Shown: one piece after another, positions 47,373 to 61,095 of the stretch | Numbering within the stretch: the stretch's first letter is position 1 | How the letters are laid out: the number at the start of each line of letters is the position of its first letter | Assembly (NCBI GenBank): GCA_020137815.1 | Contig: CM035359.1 | Span: 5,518,001-5,582,000, forward strand | Length of the DNA stretch: 64,000 nt | Direction of reading: 5' to 3' | Source: Hormiphora californensis | Taxonomy: Eukaryota > Animalia > Ctenophora | Translations under genes and position numbers: made by a program | Notes under the pieces: model-generated | Seen by the model: the letters and a program-made list of their open reading frames with translations, nothing else | The model's database searches: none | What the model was told of the DNA's origin: nothing

Positions 47373-48365
47373 ATGAGGCTATGCAATGACCTGAAAGGGT
47401 CCTCACCCGTGGCTCGCCCAACGAAACTCATGAACCGCCAACAGATCTGGGAAAGTTGGGAGAAATTCGCTTCCAGCGTCCGGGATGTTGCTGAGGCTGA
47501 GTGGTGCCAACGAAAGGGGGAAGTTCTAAAGTTCCTACGACGCCGGGAACCCATTTATGTTGGTGATTACCCCCTAAAAACAGTGATAATTTCCACCATC
47601 CCCGCCGTCTTCTTCGTGACATTTTTCCAGTTTTTCCACTTTTGGCAGTGGCTGTTCAATCACCATAGCACGGAACCGTTCGTCTACCTCCCTGCTATCG
47701 AGGTCCACTTGTTTGGGTGTCTGCCTCACCAAGTTATGTCACGGTGGACTCACCCAATCCTGGATGTCCTGGCCGCTATACCCTACCTAGTCCACTTCAT
47801 GCTACCCTTCGGATACCCGGTATATTGCTACTATCATCGGTCTAAAATGGGTAACACGGTTGAGCCAGCTCTGAGAGCGATATGGTTAGGTGGCATGACG
47901 GCATCCCTAGCAGTGCTCTTCCAGTTCCTTTTCCCAACCTCGCCACCCTGGTTTAACGAAAGTGCAGTGTACTCAGCGGACGGTACTGTGGTCGGTTTTG
48001 CTTTTAACGAGGCTGGATTTCAACGAATTGACGCTCTCTTAGGGCTTCCCTTGTTCAGGGAGATTTATAGTAATGCCCCCGTGACCCACGGTTCATTTCC
48101 ATCTCTCCACGCGGCCTTCCCTTTTGTGATCTTTATGAACGGTAGTTGGGTGAATCATGGTGGATGGAAGTATGGGTTGTTTCATTGTTGTTGGATCTCC
48201 TGGGCTGCACTCTACTCTCACCACCATTACTTGGTTGACATTCTCGGTGGGATTTCCCTGGTGTTCTTCCTCTTTCAGTTTTATTATAAAGTTTGGAACC
48301 CCTTCACTAAGAGGAAGATGGGGGATGTGAAGTATTCGCCCTTAAAAACTGAGCATGCCGTATGA
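47373..48365 (+). CDS. Aur1/Ipt1-like inositol phosphorylceramide synthase family protein (PAP2_3 type), intronless CDS, about 330 aa
   Basis: LDVLAAIPYLVHF, FPTSPPWF, AGFQRIDALLG, GSFPSLH and LYSHHHYLVD align with yeast Aur1 LDILAWLPYGLFHF, FPAAPPWY, GGLARIDKLLG, GAFPSLH and MYLTHHYFVD. Multiple TM segments; acceptor ctccccAG 3 nt before the ATG. Confidence 0.85.
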   Translation: MRLCNDLKGSSPVARPTKLMNRQQIWESWEKFASSVRDVAEAEWCQRKGEVLKFLRRREPIYVGDYPLKTVIISTIPAVFFVTFFQFFHFWQWLFNHHSTEPFVYLPAIEVHLFGCLPHQVMSRWTHPILDVLAAIPYLVHFMLPFGYPVYCYYHRSKMGNTVEPALRAIWLGGMTASLAVLFQFLFPTSPPWFNESAVYSADGTVVGFAFNEAGFQRIDALLGLPLFREIYSNAPVTHGSFPSLHAAFPFVIFMNGSWVNHGGWKYGLFHCCWISWAALYSHHHYLVDILGGISLVFFLFQFYYKVWNPFTKRKMGDVKYSPLKTEHAV

Positions 48366-50638
48366 GATTAATTGAGCTCAGATTAAAACTGTGTGTTTGT
48401 GATTGGGTTTCGTGTGGGTTTAATGTTCATGTGTGTGTGAGTAACTGTTACTCTTGGTCATATTCATCTCACCAGTGGAAGACATATAATTTTGTAATGT
48501 TGTGATTTTTATAAAATTACGCATTTCCCACACAGATAGAATAGGATGAGCCCTGGTCATTTATTGTTTAGAGAGTACCCGACTTTTTATTATCATCTGC
48601 ACTTGTCTGTGTCTGAGTCGCGTGACACTTTGTCTTACTCGATACTGTGTCTCGTGTTGCAAATTAATATTAAAACATCGTTTTAGATAATTCTTTCTTT
48701 TTTTTCTTGAAAAAGTATAAATGTTAGTGTAGAGACGTTTTTATGTTCTTGTTTTTAAATCTTTACCCCCTTTGATCAAATATGATCATAAACTAGCAAA
48801 CACCAATAGCTACCCAAATACTAGATTAATGTGTTAGATAATTGCTCGCTGAAAGACTGATACATTTTTTATACTCACACCAGAAGCATAATTACTTTAT
48901 TTAATCACTTACCAGTTGTTGTGTTAAGGGACAGACAACCCGTCATTCTTTACCCTTCGATACCTCAGAAATGAACATAGGATGGCATGTTTATGTATAT
49001 GCCAAACCCTATACACTTTTAGGCATATTATAAGCCTAAAAGAGAGTAGTGATTTGAACTCACTCTGACCACATTGAGAAGAGCTGTCTGGCGCCGCGAC
49101 CCCATCTGAGCGCACTGTCAAATGGGGTACATGGCGCCGCCATACAGTAGAAGAGTTATTATCTCACATCAGTTAATGGAAAGTGTTATAGTAGTGTTGT
49201 AACACTGTTTAGTGTTGCTGTTCCTTTGTAATGTTCCCCCTCATGATTTATAGTTTCTACTGTTCCAATATATAAGTTGCGTGTTTTTACTTCATAATGT
49301 TAATTGCCCAAGATCAATTCTCTTTCGATCTCTCTTCTTGATTTTGGGCAATGGTTGTAATATTGGCCGAAAATTTTGTGCAAAATTTTGGGTGTACGCC
49401 GTACGGTATACAACGGTTCCATATTGGAATTATCTAAAGTGTTAACTTTGCAGGGAATAAATTGTACTGGTAAATGGAGAGGAGTCTTTGTGACTGGTCT
49501 ATAAGCACAACTTTTACATGAGCACAGTTTCAATACATGTGTGTAAGATTGTTCTCTTTATGAGACAAGTATATTGAGAGAAGGAGAAGTAGTATCATGA
49601 GTAATGGGGAGGGTAAGTGTGACTGGGAGAGAACGGTTGTGAGAAAAGAAGAGAAACGACGAAAAATCGAATGGGCAGCTTTAAGAAAGGAGAGAAATCT
49701 ATACCAAATATCGTGGGAAAACAGCTGCACAACATTGAATGTGTAGACTGTTCAGTACTATAGAAAGCTGTATACAGAAAGAGTACTGACATTGATTTAC
49801 AGGGTACATCTCTGTGTTATATGGAACTTGTATGGTTGGCTCCTGTGCTGTATTACCAGAGATAGAGGTTTGTATAGCGCAGTTGACTGTTGAAGCCAGA
49901 GATAGTTCACGAAACAAAAGAAAAAAAACCAAAACTCCTCTTTTTGTGCGCATGTGGCTTCTCCGTGCTCCCTCTCGGAACAAAGAAAAGAGTGTGATAT
50001 TTTATTTTATTAGGTATATGAATTACCAAAATGAGATTTATTACTGGTTACACGAAAAGAAGAGTTGGCAGGGAAGGGAGATCTATTTTTGGTCTTCAGT
50101 AATAATTGCTTCTGCATTCACAAATAGAACAATACCACATGAACAGACAAACAAATAGCGGATTGAATATGTTTCTACGTCTGGGCTCTTGTATATCTGT
50201 TATTTCTGTCTGACATATTCAGGATCGAATATAAATGGAATTCTGAAATTTTTGTTTCCAAAATATTATTCGAACTGGTCCCTGTCTGATCATGTGACCT
50301 GTCAGAAAGTGTATGTCATGAGATGACGGTCCAGACACATCATCTTCAAGAACATCATCTTACAACTATGTCTCACTATTTCTTATCTTGACATCTTGTC
50401 TGGCTATTTTTTGATCTTCTTTTTTCCCTACTCCTCTCTTCCTCAACTATCTAGAGTTTCCTAACTTCATTTTCATTTGAAAGTCGATATCTCCCTTTTA
50501 TATCTTCAGACTTGGTAATGAATGGAATTACTACACACCTAGAGCGGGAAGTAGAGCGAGAGAGAGAAAGAAAGAGAGCGAGAGAGAGAAAGATCAGGGA
50601 GAGGGAGAGAGAGAGAGAGAGAGATCAGGGAGCTGGGA

Positions 50639-50692
<54 letters not shown>

Positions 50693-51434
50693 TCAGGGAG
50701 AGGGAGAGATGCTAAATTACTCCGTACGTTGATGACGTAAGATTTTAATTACTCAACTCTCAAGTGGTAAACACAGCTCTTTCTCTCTCGCTCTCAGTAT
50801 CCAAAAAACGAAGACAAGTAGCCAACGACCGCAAGTTGTCAACACTGTCCACTTTACTCTTTTGCGCCATTTCACTCCTTATAAGCAGCTAGAATCTTGA
50901 AAAGTTTCAATTTCTTTGTATCACCCAAAAACAAGGTATTTATATTGGAGAGCTGTCATTTTGACGAACACCATTCTAAATACATATGTGTGAATATGTT
51001 GACATGTGAGCACGTTTCCTACTTTCACAAATATGCGTGTGTTAGTGTTATGTGTAAGAGTAATTGGAGAGGGTAACCAAGTTGGTAGCAGCTACTTCAG
51101 GCTACCTGAGTCGCCTCATTGTGTTACCACAGATAGTTGGAACGCGCTGTGACTGAAGAGGTAGGGTGGCCGCGCAAACACTCCGCCGCGCAGTGTCTGT
51201 GTGTGTACAAATTGTATATCGATTAACCGATTGTACTAATCAAGGCAGCTAGCTGTACAGTGTGCATTGTAAAAGGTCCAGTAATCAGTCATCGGGGTAG
51301 TAAATCCTGTTCTTTTTGAATTGCAGGAGAATCGGCGACCCTCACACGATCCTACACTTCCCGTCAAAGTGAAACTGACAATTTTGGGATTGAAAATGAG
51401 TTCTATACAGCTGTAAAACAAATCCATATAATAA

Positions 51435-52397
51435 TTTCCAAAATGTTAGTCCGATAATTGTTTTCTCCCTACTCCTCCTACAGTTTTTGAGCTAGACCCC
51501 TGAAAATTTGTACACTGGTACTTTGGACCAAGGCGGGTGTAAGTACGGGCTCAGATTTTTGATCCGATCTTTACAACAGTGACGTCACGGGGTGACGTCA
51601 TTGCGCCAAAAATACTTACATTTTTTCAAACGCTTCTAAGACCCTGAAAACGGCTCTAAATCAAAAAACTAACGCAATAGTGGGGAAAGAGAATCGTTTG
51701 AACTTCATTTTACTTGATAGCGATTTCCCGTAACTCAATGTTTAAGGGTCGTAAATCGCGTCGGGAAAGTTAAAAATGCCAAAAATACGATATTTTTCAC
51801 CGTAGCCACCCAAAATCTTATCCAATCGATATGAAACTTGGTCGTTATGTGAATTTTAATGTCCTTTGGCCAGGGGTTCCCGGAAAACGGATTGGCAAGA
51901 TTAGAACTGACCGGAGTTCTTATAATTCACGAATTTGGAATTTTTCGTCGACTTTTTTTTGGCGACATAAAGTCCATTTTTATTCAACTGTTCACCCCTC
52001 AACTCGTGCGCGTGCGATATTTTAATTTACGCTGCGCGCGCTACACGTTAACATGTGATAAACGCGCAAAAAAATTCCGCGCACGACTTTGGGGGGTGAA
52101 CAGTTGAAAAAAAATGGAGTATATAACGCGAACGAGAGGAAATTTTCAATGAATTTTAAAATTTTACACTGCGCGCATAGAGAATTACCACACGGCGCGG
52201 CGTAAAAAAGCAGCGCTTTTTTGGGGAAATTCGCGCGTTACAGTAAATAATTTCCCGCCTCGCCAAAATTGTAATGGCCATTTTGCTCTAAGGAACAAAC
52301 AAATTATCTTTTAAAAATCAAACACAAATGTCACCGGTTATATGACGATAAATTACCATTTACCAGGTCACGGGTTCCCAGCAAACGGGTACTCTAG
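51435..52397 (+). mobile_element. Probable Helitron/Helentron-derived non-autonomous element
   Basis: Ends ccc-agcaaac-ggg-tactCTAG|T; CpG-rich repeat-like interior with an internal inverted repeat. The 5' boundary is approximate. Confidence 0.35.
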
Positions 52398-52620
52398 TAT
52401 AATTTAGAATTCAGCCCAAAGAATTCAGATAAAATCTGAATGTATTAAAGAAGTTAGTGGTTATAGAGGCCGAGTGATCTGCTTAAATTGTCTCTCTGAG
52501 TTCAGACCCATCATTCGTCTCCGATAAAACATTCCGATAAAGATTATTGTTCGTTGATTTGCAAAAACCCAATACCGATATTAATATAAAAGACCCATTT
52601 GAAATTAATTAATAGCGGTG

Positions 52621-53089
52621 TCACAATATCTCCAGATCGACGTGTCGTATCTCAGGGTATTGTCTTTTTATCAGCCCTTCTAACCGGTCTACTTCCAGGG
52701 CAATTATATCCACCAACTGCTTGTTTTGCTCCTTCAGAAAAATTTCCATCTGCTTTTCATTGGCGAGAGAAGTAGCTTCCTGGTATGGATACAGATGATT
52801 AAAATTACGACAAGGAACTCAGATAACAATTGGGCCTAACAATTTTTAAATAGCAATACATAGTTCCTAAATAGTTCCTAAATAGCTATACATAGTGTTT
52901 ACCGTCAGCAGTTTAGGGAGATCCTGTGTTTTGAGGTATTGTAAAGTTAGAGCGTCCGTGTCGAAGAAGATCTCCGCTTTAAACCTCGCATAGCTTGGAC
53001 CCTGATGAGGAAAAAGGTCAAAAAGATACAGACAGACAGCTATACAGACAGCCAAATATATAAACAGACAGATAGACAGATATACCGTC

Positions 53090-53138
<49 letters not shown>

Positions 53139-56100
53139 GTCAGACAGTCAGTCAGACAGACTCACCTCCACCATGGTTTTTACATCATTGACACACAGAA
53201 CTGACGGCTGCCGTTCCAAAATACCCAAAATAACATTTTGTTTAGCGGCATCCATTGACCTGAAAATATCACAGCTGTTAGAAATATCACAAGACCATAA
53301 CAGGAATAGCAATCCAATTATAATTACAATGATCAATAATTAGTGTAATACTGGGTGTTCATTTTGGATCTTTACAAGCGTTGGCCTTCACCCAGAAAAA
53401 AGTTGACAAGATCAGGTCATGAAACTTCATACTTGGACTATTCTATACCCTCATTCAAGGTTCCTGGGGGTTTTGGAGCTTTAGGACCCTGGGAAGTGTG
53501 TTTTTGGCATCAAAACTACCAGAAGGATTTTTTTTTGCTGGTGCTGAGACTTTGCTAAAATGTTTTTTGGGTATTTTCTATGTCAATCCTAAAGTTTCAT
53601 AGAGATTGGATGTGTTTTTCGGACTCAAAATTTCGATTAAAGTGGCTGGAAAGGCTCGAAAACAGCTCAAAAACGGCTAAAATTGAGTCTTTCCAGCCAC
53701 TTTTTACGAAATTTTGAGTCTAAAAAAACACATCCAATCCCTATGAAACTTTAGGATTGACATAGAAAATACCCAAAAAACATTTTAGCAAAGTCTCAGC
53801 ACCAGCAAAAATTCCTTCTGGTAGTTTTGATGCCAAAAACACACTTCCCGGGGTACCAGAACTCCAAAACCCCCAGGAACCTTGAATGAGGGTATAGAAT
53901 AGTCCAAGTATGAAGTTTCACGACCTAATCTTGTCAACTTTTTTCTGGGTGAAGCCAAACGCTTGTAAAGATCCAAAATGAACACCCTGTATTATTGATA
54001 AAATACCTTCCAATAAGAGCATCTTTGTTCCTCAGCACAATAAAGATGGCCATCCCACCAAGAATAGTTCCCACTCCAATAGAACCTATAGCGTCATACA
54101 TCGGGTTTCCTGGGAGATTTTAGTTTTTGGGGGTGATAATTTGTTGTAGCGACAAATAAAATGCAGTTTCACAAATAACAGACGTCTTATTATTGTTTGA
54201 GAGCATTATAATAATAGTGTATATAGTTTTCATAACACTGCCCTATCAAGAAATATCCGACAGCTAACTAATTTAACAAAACTAACCGGTGTAAGCACTC
54301 AGTCCGATTCCCACTCCGGCAATAAGGACACCCACTGTAGCTGCTATGTCTTCCGCCAATACTGCTATCGTGTTGGGCTCATGTCCCCTCAGAACTGTGG
54401 GGGAGATATAATTTAAAATTGATGATACTAGTAGGCCCGTTCGCCCTACGGGCGAATTTCGGGGAAATGGTAGCTAGATTATCCATTAGGGAACGCTGAC
54501 ATCACCTGCACCATCCGTTCCTAGCCTATCTCTCATTTTCTTCCTACTCATGTTGTTGTACGCTCTGGGCTTCCTGACAGTGACAATTTCAAGGTCCGAA
54601 TTTAAGAGATCAATGTCATGGAGGTGCAGTGCTGTTCCAGAAACTCATCACGTGAAAACTTGGCCGCTATGTAGCCGATTCGGAGACTTCTATATTCGAC
54701 TGGAGAAATCACCCTTGGGCCGCCCAAGGGTGATTACTCTAGTTGGGCGACGTTGGGTAAAGCTATCCGTAGTCGTTGATTGGCTCGCTTGAACACGTTG
54801 GCGTAATCTGTCATATTCTCTAGCCTGCTCTCTGACAGCAGCAGATCTTCTGGGTCCATATAACCGTTGCCGAACAGCGCTTGGGGTGGAAGAGCTAGAC
54901 ATCAGGATTCAGGACAGAAGTAAAAGAATGCACGTGCAGAATTGAATTCCCCCTTGGTACCCAACTGCAACCGGGAGAGAGATCTCCAGGTCCCTCTTAT
55001 AATTGCACGTGCAAGTGTTGTTGCTAGGTGACATGTGTCACACAATTTGCTTAGTAAGTAGTATGATTGTTCTCCAGTGCTAGTCTCCCTCGCTGTCCGT
55101 TTTTAGGGCCTCGCCGCATAGGTGACAATCAGTTTGTTTCGAGATGAGTTACAGTAGTAATACTGATGTTACAGTAGTAATACTGTAGTAATACTGATGA
55201 GTTACAGTAGTAATGGGGGACAGTAATGGTAATACAAGGAGGTGGACCTCTAATACAGGAGTTATAGCAACTGGGGGGGGGGGGGAGCAACTTACCGTAA
55301 GTTGTCAGTGAGAGACCCTCCATATTGGCCTGTATCTTGGCCTGTTGGTAGGCGTAGCCCAGCGACCACCCCTCAAATATCAGGGTGAAGGTGAGAACAG
55401 CATAGGCCTGAAAGAGAGATGTGTGAGAGTCAGATCACACATTGGTGACACTTGTTAAGGGCCAACAAGGTGACATCTCGTCTTGTTTCGAGTGGGACGG
55501 CGACTGTCCCGAACACCCAGGGTCCATGACTCATGTTGAAAAACCGATCTTAGCTAGTGAATATTAAGTGATTTTAGACTAACCCAAGTTATTGAGTGAT
55601 CCAAAACAAGGGACGGATGATAAAGTTGGTTCACTCCGTGGGCTATAGTTAACACTGCTCCTATGTTGAAAATTGTAACACCCGATATCAAAGCATAGAC
55701 GTATCTGTTAAGATTAACAAACATTAATTAGGTGTGATATGAGTAGACACTTGCACCGGTGTGTTATAGCAATTACCGCTTAATTAATTGGGCGACAGAG
55801 TGCTTGTCAGTAACTAGAGTTAGCTGCGCGCGTTTTTGCGCATCTTCTTCAACAATAATGTTACCGCGCGCTACGATTATCATCCATCAACTGTTACCTA
55901 TCGAGATTGGGCTGCTGCAGCTCCCCTTCTCCTGGCTAAATTAAAAGTTTAGTTAATTACCTAGCCCTATCGAATCCATATGGATGGTCTGAGTGTGGCT
56001 TCTTTAGCGAGTATATCAGTCCAAATGCCAAAAACAACTGAAAAAGAGTTGCTATAATAAGGGATCTTAATTAGTTTGGAAAGTTTTAGAGGGATGACCA

Positions 56101-59100
56101 ATTTAACACTTAGCTCTCTTTTTACTTTTTAGTACCTTCTATTTTGACTTTTCTCAAACTCTAATCTCTCTTCTCAGTAACTACTTTAAATAATGGGCGG
56201 GGAATATATTTATAGAGGATTATTAGACGAATATTCAAAGACGAACGTCACGAGATTAACAAGTAATATAAAAAAGTTGCTATTTGTCCTATACACAAAG
56301 CTCTTCTCAACGTCGTTAGAGAGTAATAATGAGAACATTTAATCAGTTCAGTGCATGAATCTCCGATCTCTAATCAGATAGCAAAATGGCACTAACTTGC
56401 CTCGCTCGACCCTTTCCCTAACCGCACTCCAAATTCATTTTCAAAGGGCAGGGAGGGGTTTGTTTTGTTCAAACTCTTTTTCGGGGAAGGGGGGTCGAAC
56501 AATGGCGGGCAGGGAGGGGTGGGGTTAACTACTAACTTGGTTCATGGTGTCAATAACACTGTGCACTGCTTCAGAGAGCATACTGGCACTCCCTGTGAAG
56601 AGGAACGATCCAAACTTAGCTCCTGCTACCACAACATTGGTACCGATACTCAAACCTACTACCTGGAGTTGGGGGAGATAGAAGGTTTAGATAAAGAGAG
56701 ATAGGGAGAGAGAGATATGGGGAAAGAGATGGAGTCAGAGATATGGAGGGAGAGAGAGCTAGCTAAAGAGAGAGTAGAATTGGAGAGGGGAGAACTGGAG
56801 AGAATAAAGCTGCATGGCAGTAGGAAATACAGGTCATTTTACGTTGCACTGTACAAGCAACTTAGCCGGATAACACACACACACACCAACATTACAAGCT
56901 GTATTACTGTACACATTTATTTAGCGTGACCTAGCTGTAGACAAAACATTAGACATGTAAATATATGCAAAAAGGAATACTTGAAGAGTGTCATAGATCA
57001 AGAAAATCAGTTGTTATTGCGGATGCCCTGCGATATAATAATAGTACCTTAATTAACTAATTAATATTCCCCCCATACAACTATAACCTTTAGAGAAGAA
57101 GATAGTTGGGTCCTTTTATGATCCTGATTTGCGTGCCAGCTTGTTCTGGCCCCTCCTTTTATTGACTTGCTCTCCGAGTTTAGAATTCGTAACAAGTTCT
57201 TCATAGCTGCGAGGGAGGATTAAATAATAGTTAGGGGGGGGGGGGGTTAAATAATGGTTAGGGGGGGGGGGGGGGGGTTAAGGCCAGAGGGGGGGGGTCC
57301 GGGGGTATAAAAAGTCACTTTCGGTATCTGCTCCGGCTCGAAGAGCCGGACCAGATGACATACTCGGAATCGATTTTGCGCGCACTGTTAGGGAGAAAAT
57401 TGAGGTTAACTTTTGGCCCAAAATCAATGTTAAGGCCAGAGGGGGGGGGTCGACGGGTTTTTTGGGGTGTTTTTTGAGGTATACGTTATATGAAAGCGCT
57501 GGGCAAGGCGGATCGATTAGAACAGACGTCATCGATGTTGCACGCACCGTTTGGCCAAAATTTGGGGGTTAACATTTGGCCTATAATGGATGTTAACCCC
57601 TATAAATCAGGATTGGTGGGGTCTAGAACATCCATCATTGTACCAAAGGCTTCGTCTTGTCTTGATACAACTTCCTGAAAAGTTTTATGTCGTTACTCCA
57701 ACTACTTCTTGATTTTTTGGGGGTTTACAAAATATGCGGAAAAAGCCCTTTTTGCCTCTAATTTTGCTCTTTTTTGGGACATCCTGCCTCACTTCCTGAA
57801 ATAACGGCTAGGACTCAGACCTTGCCGTTTGGCATAGTTGTTCTAGAGACCGTGTTCTTCAAATTTGGTGTAGCGATTTTGATTAAGGCCCCCGTTCAAA
57901 AATTATAGGGGTTAACATTTGTTTTGTCCATGAAAATTTATGTAAACCCCTATAATTTTTGAACGGGGGCCTTAATCAAAAATCGCTACACCAAATTTGA
58001 AGAACACGGTCTCTAGAACAACTATGCCAAACGGCAAGGTCTGAGTCCTAGCCGTTATTTCAGGAAGTGAGGCAGGATGTCCCAAAAAAGAGCAAAATTA
58101 GAGGCAAAAAGGGCTTTTTCCGCATATTTTGTAAACCCCCAAAAAATCAAGAAGTAGTTGGAGTAACGACATAAAACTTTTCAGGAAGTTGTATCAAGAC
58201 AAGACGAAGCCTTTGGTACAATGATGGATGTTCTAGACCCCACCAATCCTGATTTATAGGGGTTAACATCCATTATAGGCCAAATGTTAACCCCCAAATT
58301 TTGGCCAAACGGTGCGCGCAACATCGATGACGTCTGTTCTAATCGATCCGCCTTGCCCAGCGCTTTCATATAACGTATACCTCAAAAAACACCCCAAAAA
58401 ACCCGTCGACCCCCCCCTCTGGCCTTAACCTCTCTAATTCTTAGAGATCAGGTATTGAAACAATAAAAACTGTTCTAAAAGTAAGGTATCACTAAGGAGA
58501 GCATGTGCGAGCAATTTTATGGTGCTATACCTGGTAGTTCTTTAAATTTAGAGGTTAACATATTTCACCAAAAAGTAGCCTTTTGGTGAATAACTTGGAA
58601 CATTTTTACGAATCGCCACTACATTCAGCTCATAAACGGCTAAGAGTTGGGCCTTGAAATTTGGCAGGCATGATCCTTAGATAATAAACTGTGCTTTGAG
58701 TGTAACGATTTTTTATTGGAGCCTCCGTTCCCAAGATATTGAGGTTAACGTCTAAAAAATATCAGATGTGAAATATGTTAACCTCAATATCTTGGGAACG
58801 GAAGCCTCAATCAAAAATCGTTACACTCAAAGCACAGTTTATTATCTAAGGATCATGCCTGCCAAATTTCAAGGCCCAACTCTTAGCCGTTTATGAGCTG
58901 AATGTAGTGGCGATTTGAAAAGTAAGGTGTGAAAAAAGACCAAAAAGGTTGTTTTTTGGGCGATAAGTTAACCTCAAATATCCGAACAACTATATGGCTT
59001 AGACCTCTGAAACTTTAAACATTTGGTCTCCTTGATCAGATCTATCGATTGGTACCATTTTTATCTGTGAAGGCGACATAAATACAAGATTTTTGAGGTT

Positions 59101-60691
59101 AACTTACATTTTCGGTCAAAAGTTAACCTCAAAAAACAATGCTTCCTGATACACTTGGTGCGCAGCTAACCTACCCAAAAGTTTCCTACCACCGAGTTAC
59201 ATCATATATGTGAACCTCAGAAAAGTACATTTTTTGACCCTCGGACCCCCCCTCTGGCCTTAATATGGTTAGGTGAGGTCAATATACTGCTAACCTAACA
59301 GCTAAACTGTGTCTTGCTCGACCCTATCTCACTATGCACCGCAAATGTAATTTACATCATGTAAAGGAGGGTTAGAACTCAGACATTGAGTAGCGTAGTA
59401 CAGTATAGTAACAGTATAGTAACAGTAATCTTACCACCAATAAACAATACCATCATGACGTCATCTGTTGTATCTCATTACCCCATGGCCATCCCATATC
59501 TAAACTAACGAATTAATTAATACTAAAATCACCCCCCATCCCTATCTAAACTAACGAATTAATTAATAATAAAATCACCCCCAGCCCCTAGATAAATTAG
59601 CTAATTAACAATTACCATCAGTAATATCATCCTCCTCTTCACTTTCTTTGTCTGAGTGATATTTCAGGATCTGTTTCCTCATGTTTAACCGAGTTTTGTG
59701 TTTACTTAGGGATCGCTTCACCACCAGAGCTCGCGGGTACAACCTAATTAATTAGATGGTTAATAGCTTAATTAGTTGGTTAGATAAGGAGGGGATAAGG
59801 ATGATAAACAAGTCACTGCCTCATAACTGTTTGTCTTCATCTGTACTACTGGGTACTAGAGGTATAGTACTAACTATTCAGTATTGTAATCACCTTCTCT
59901 CGTGTCGGACTGGGGAAATCTCTTCTTCATATTCATAAGCATTCCTCAAACTTTTAAAAGGTATTCCTTCCAGGTCCCTAGTTGGAAAGAGTTGGAAAAT
60001 TGTAGTGATGCTCCAAATAAATTAGCACTCTGTATTGTTTTGTTCAAACCGGGGCGCGGGGAAGGAGGGTCGAACAAGGTAAACTCTGCACATATTGTGG
60101 TATTGTTAACATTACATAATTTAACTTACTGGTCTGTCAGTCCGTACTCCTCCCTTGCTTGTGTATCCTTGATATAAACACTCCTTCCCACTTCACTGTT
60201 AAACACTGTAGGTGGAACTGCCTTGCCAGTGTACCGGGCTAGGGTCCTAACACAGACACCTGGCGCTGAGGGGGGAGGGGTATTTCGAAACTGGGTGGAT
60301 CTTTATATGATGAAATATAATGGTTCAACTAATCGATTGGAACTTGTCTAGTAGCACTGTTAGAAAAAGGAATCTGAGAGAAGGAGGTTCAAATAATACA
60401 ACTAGTTACCTCTATGATGTCCTGAAAGTAAATTCACAACCTCCGTTGACCTTGCTACCCTGTAACACCTGTAAAATAATTTTTAATATAATGAGACTCA
60501 GGACAATACTCTGACCGCCTCCTTTAAATTTTCTTACGGAGCGCGGATGCCGGAGAGAGCTGAGAGAGGGTCGAAAAAGTTAATCCTAGCTGGGCTGAGT
60601 ATACAGTCGGACCCCGATTTGACAGACAAGACCCTTTGCCGGGGTTGTAATATAAAACAACCTACCTCCGTGTTATGAACCTTGCCAGCAT
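52621..60691 (-). CDS. SLC30A9: Zinc transporter 9 (mitochondrial cation diffusion facilitator), multi-exon
   Basis: Presequence-like MLARFITR; TGSASMLSEAVHSVIDTMNQ; HPYGFDRARYVYALISGV; VLAEDIAA; GDPMYDAIGSIGVGTILG; RFKAEIFFD; EVDRLE...RHVDLEIL* at 52621. Confidence 0.92.
53351..53989. mobile_element. Tc1/mariner-type foldback MITE with TA TSD, in an SLC30A9 intron
   Basis: TA|C(T/A)GGGTGTTCATTTTGGATC...GATCCAAAATGAACACCCTG|TA; the two arms of about 300 bp are near-perfect inverted repeats. Confidence 0.85.
54428..54465 (-). mobile_element. Helitron-like 3' terminus
   Basis: Minus strand reads GCCCGT-agggcga-ACGGGC hairpin followed by ctaCTAG|T. Confidence 0.5.
57282..59259. mobile_element. 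Kolobok-like non-autonomous element (TTAA TSD) with a related foldback element nested at 57434-58424
   Basis: TTAA|GGCCAGAGGGGGGG...CCCCCCTCTGGCC|TTAA at both the outer and inner boundaries; the inner element is a near-perfect palindrome of about 990 bp. Confidence 0.85.
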
Positions 60692-61095
60692 TTCCCATCC
60701 GTTCCAGTTGTATATCAGTTACATATCAGCACTAATAAACATATTTTATTAGTTAAAGTTGTTATGTATGTACTAACAAATTTACATTAATTACAGTAGT
60801 TAATAAATACACAACAAGATTCATAGTAAAAAAGTAATCTTAATAACACAATGGTATACAAATAAAATATGGCGTTGCACACTAGTATTTGAACACTACA
60901 AATAATATCTTGGAAATTAAAATGCAATAATATTATACATACTTCACAAAATGTAATTGCATCCAAATATATCTTATAATACTCTATTCCACAATATTAC
61001 AGCAATATATAGAACTTCCTACTCCAAGTCATCCTGATCCATCTTTACAATCCTTACTTCTTCTCTAGCACACACATGTCTCATTTTCTTGTCTA

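Noticed and set aside
53355-58369. Paired near-identical short ORFs on opposite strands (MFILDLYKR..., MKALGKADRL...)
   Set aside because: They are by-products of palindromic MITE arms, with no transposase motifs.
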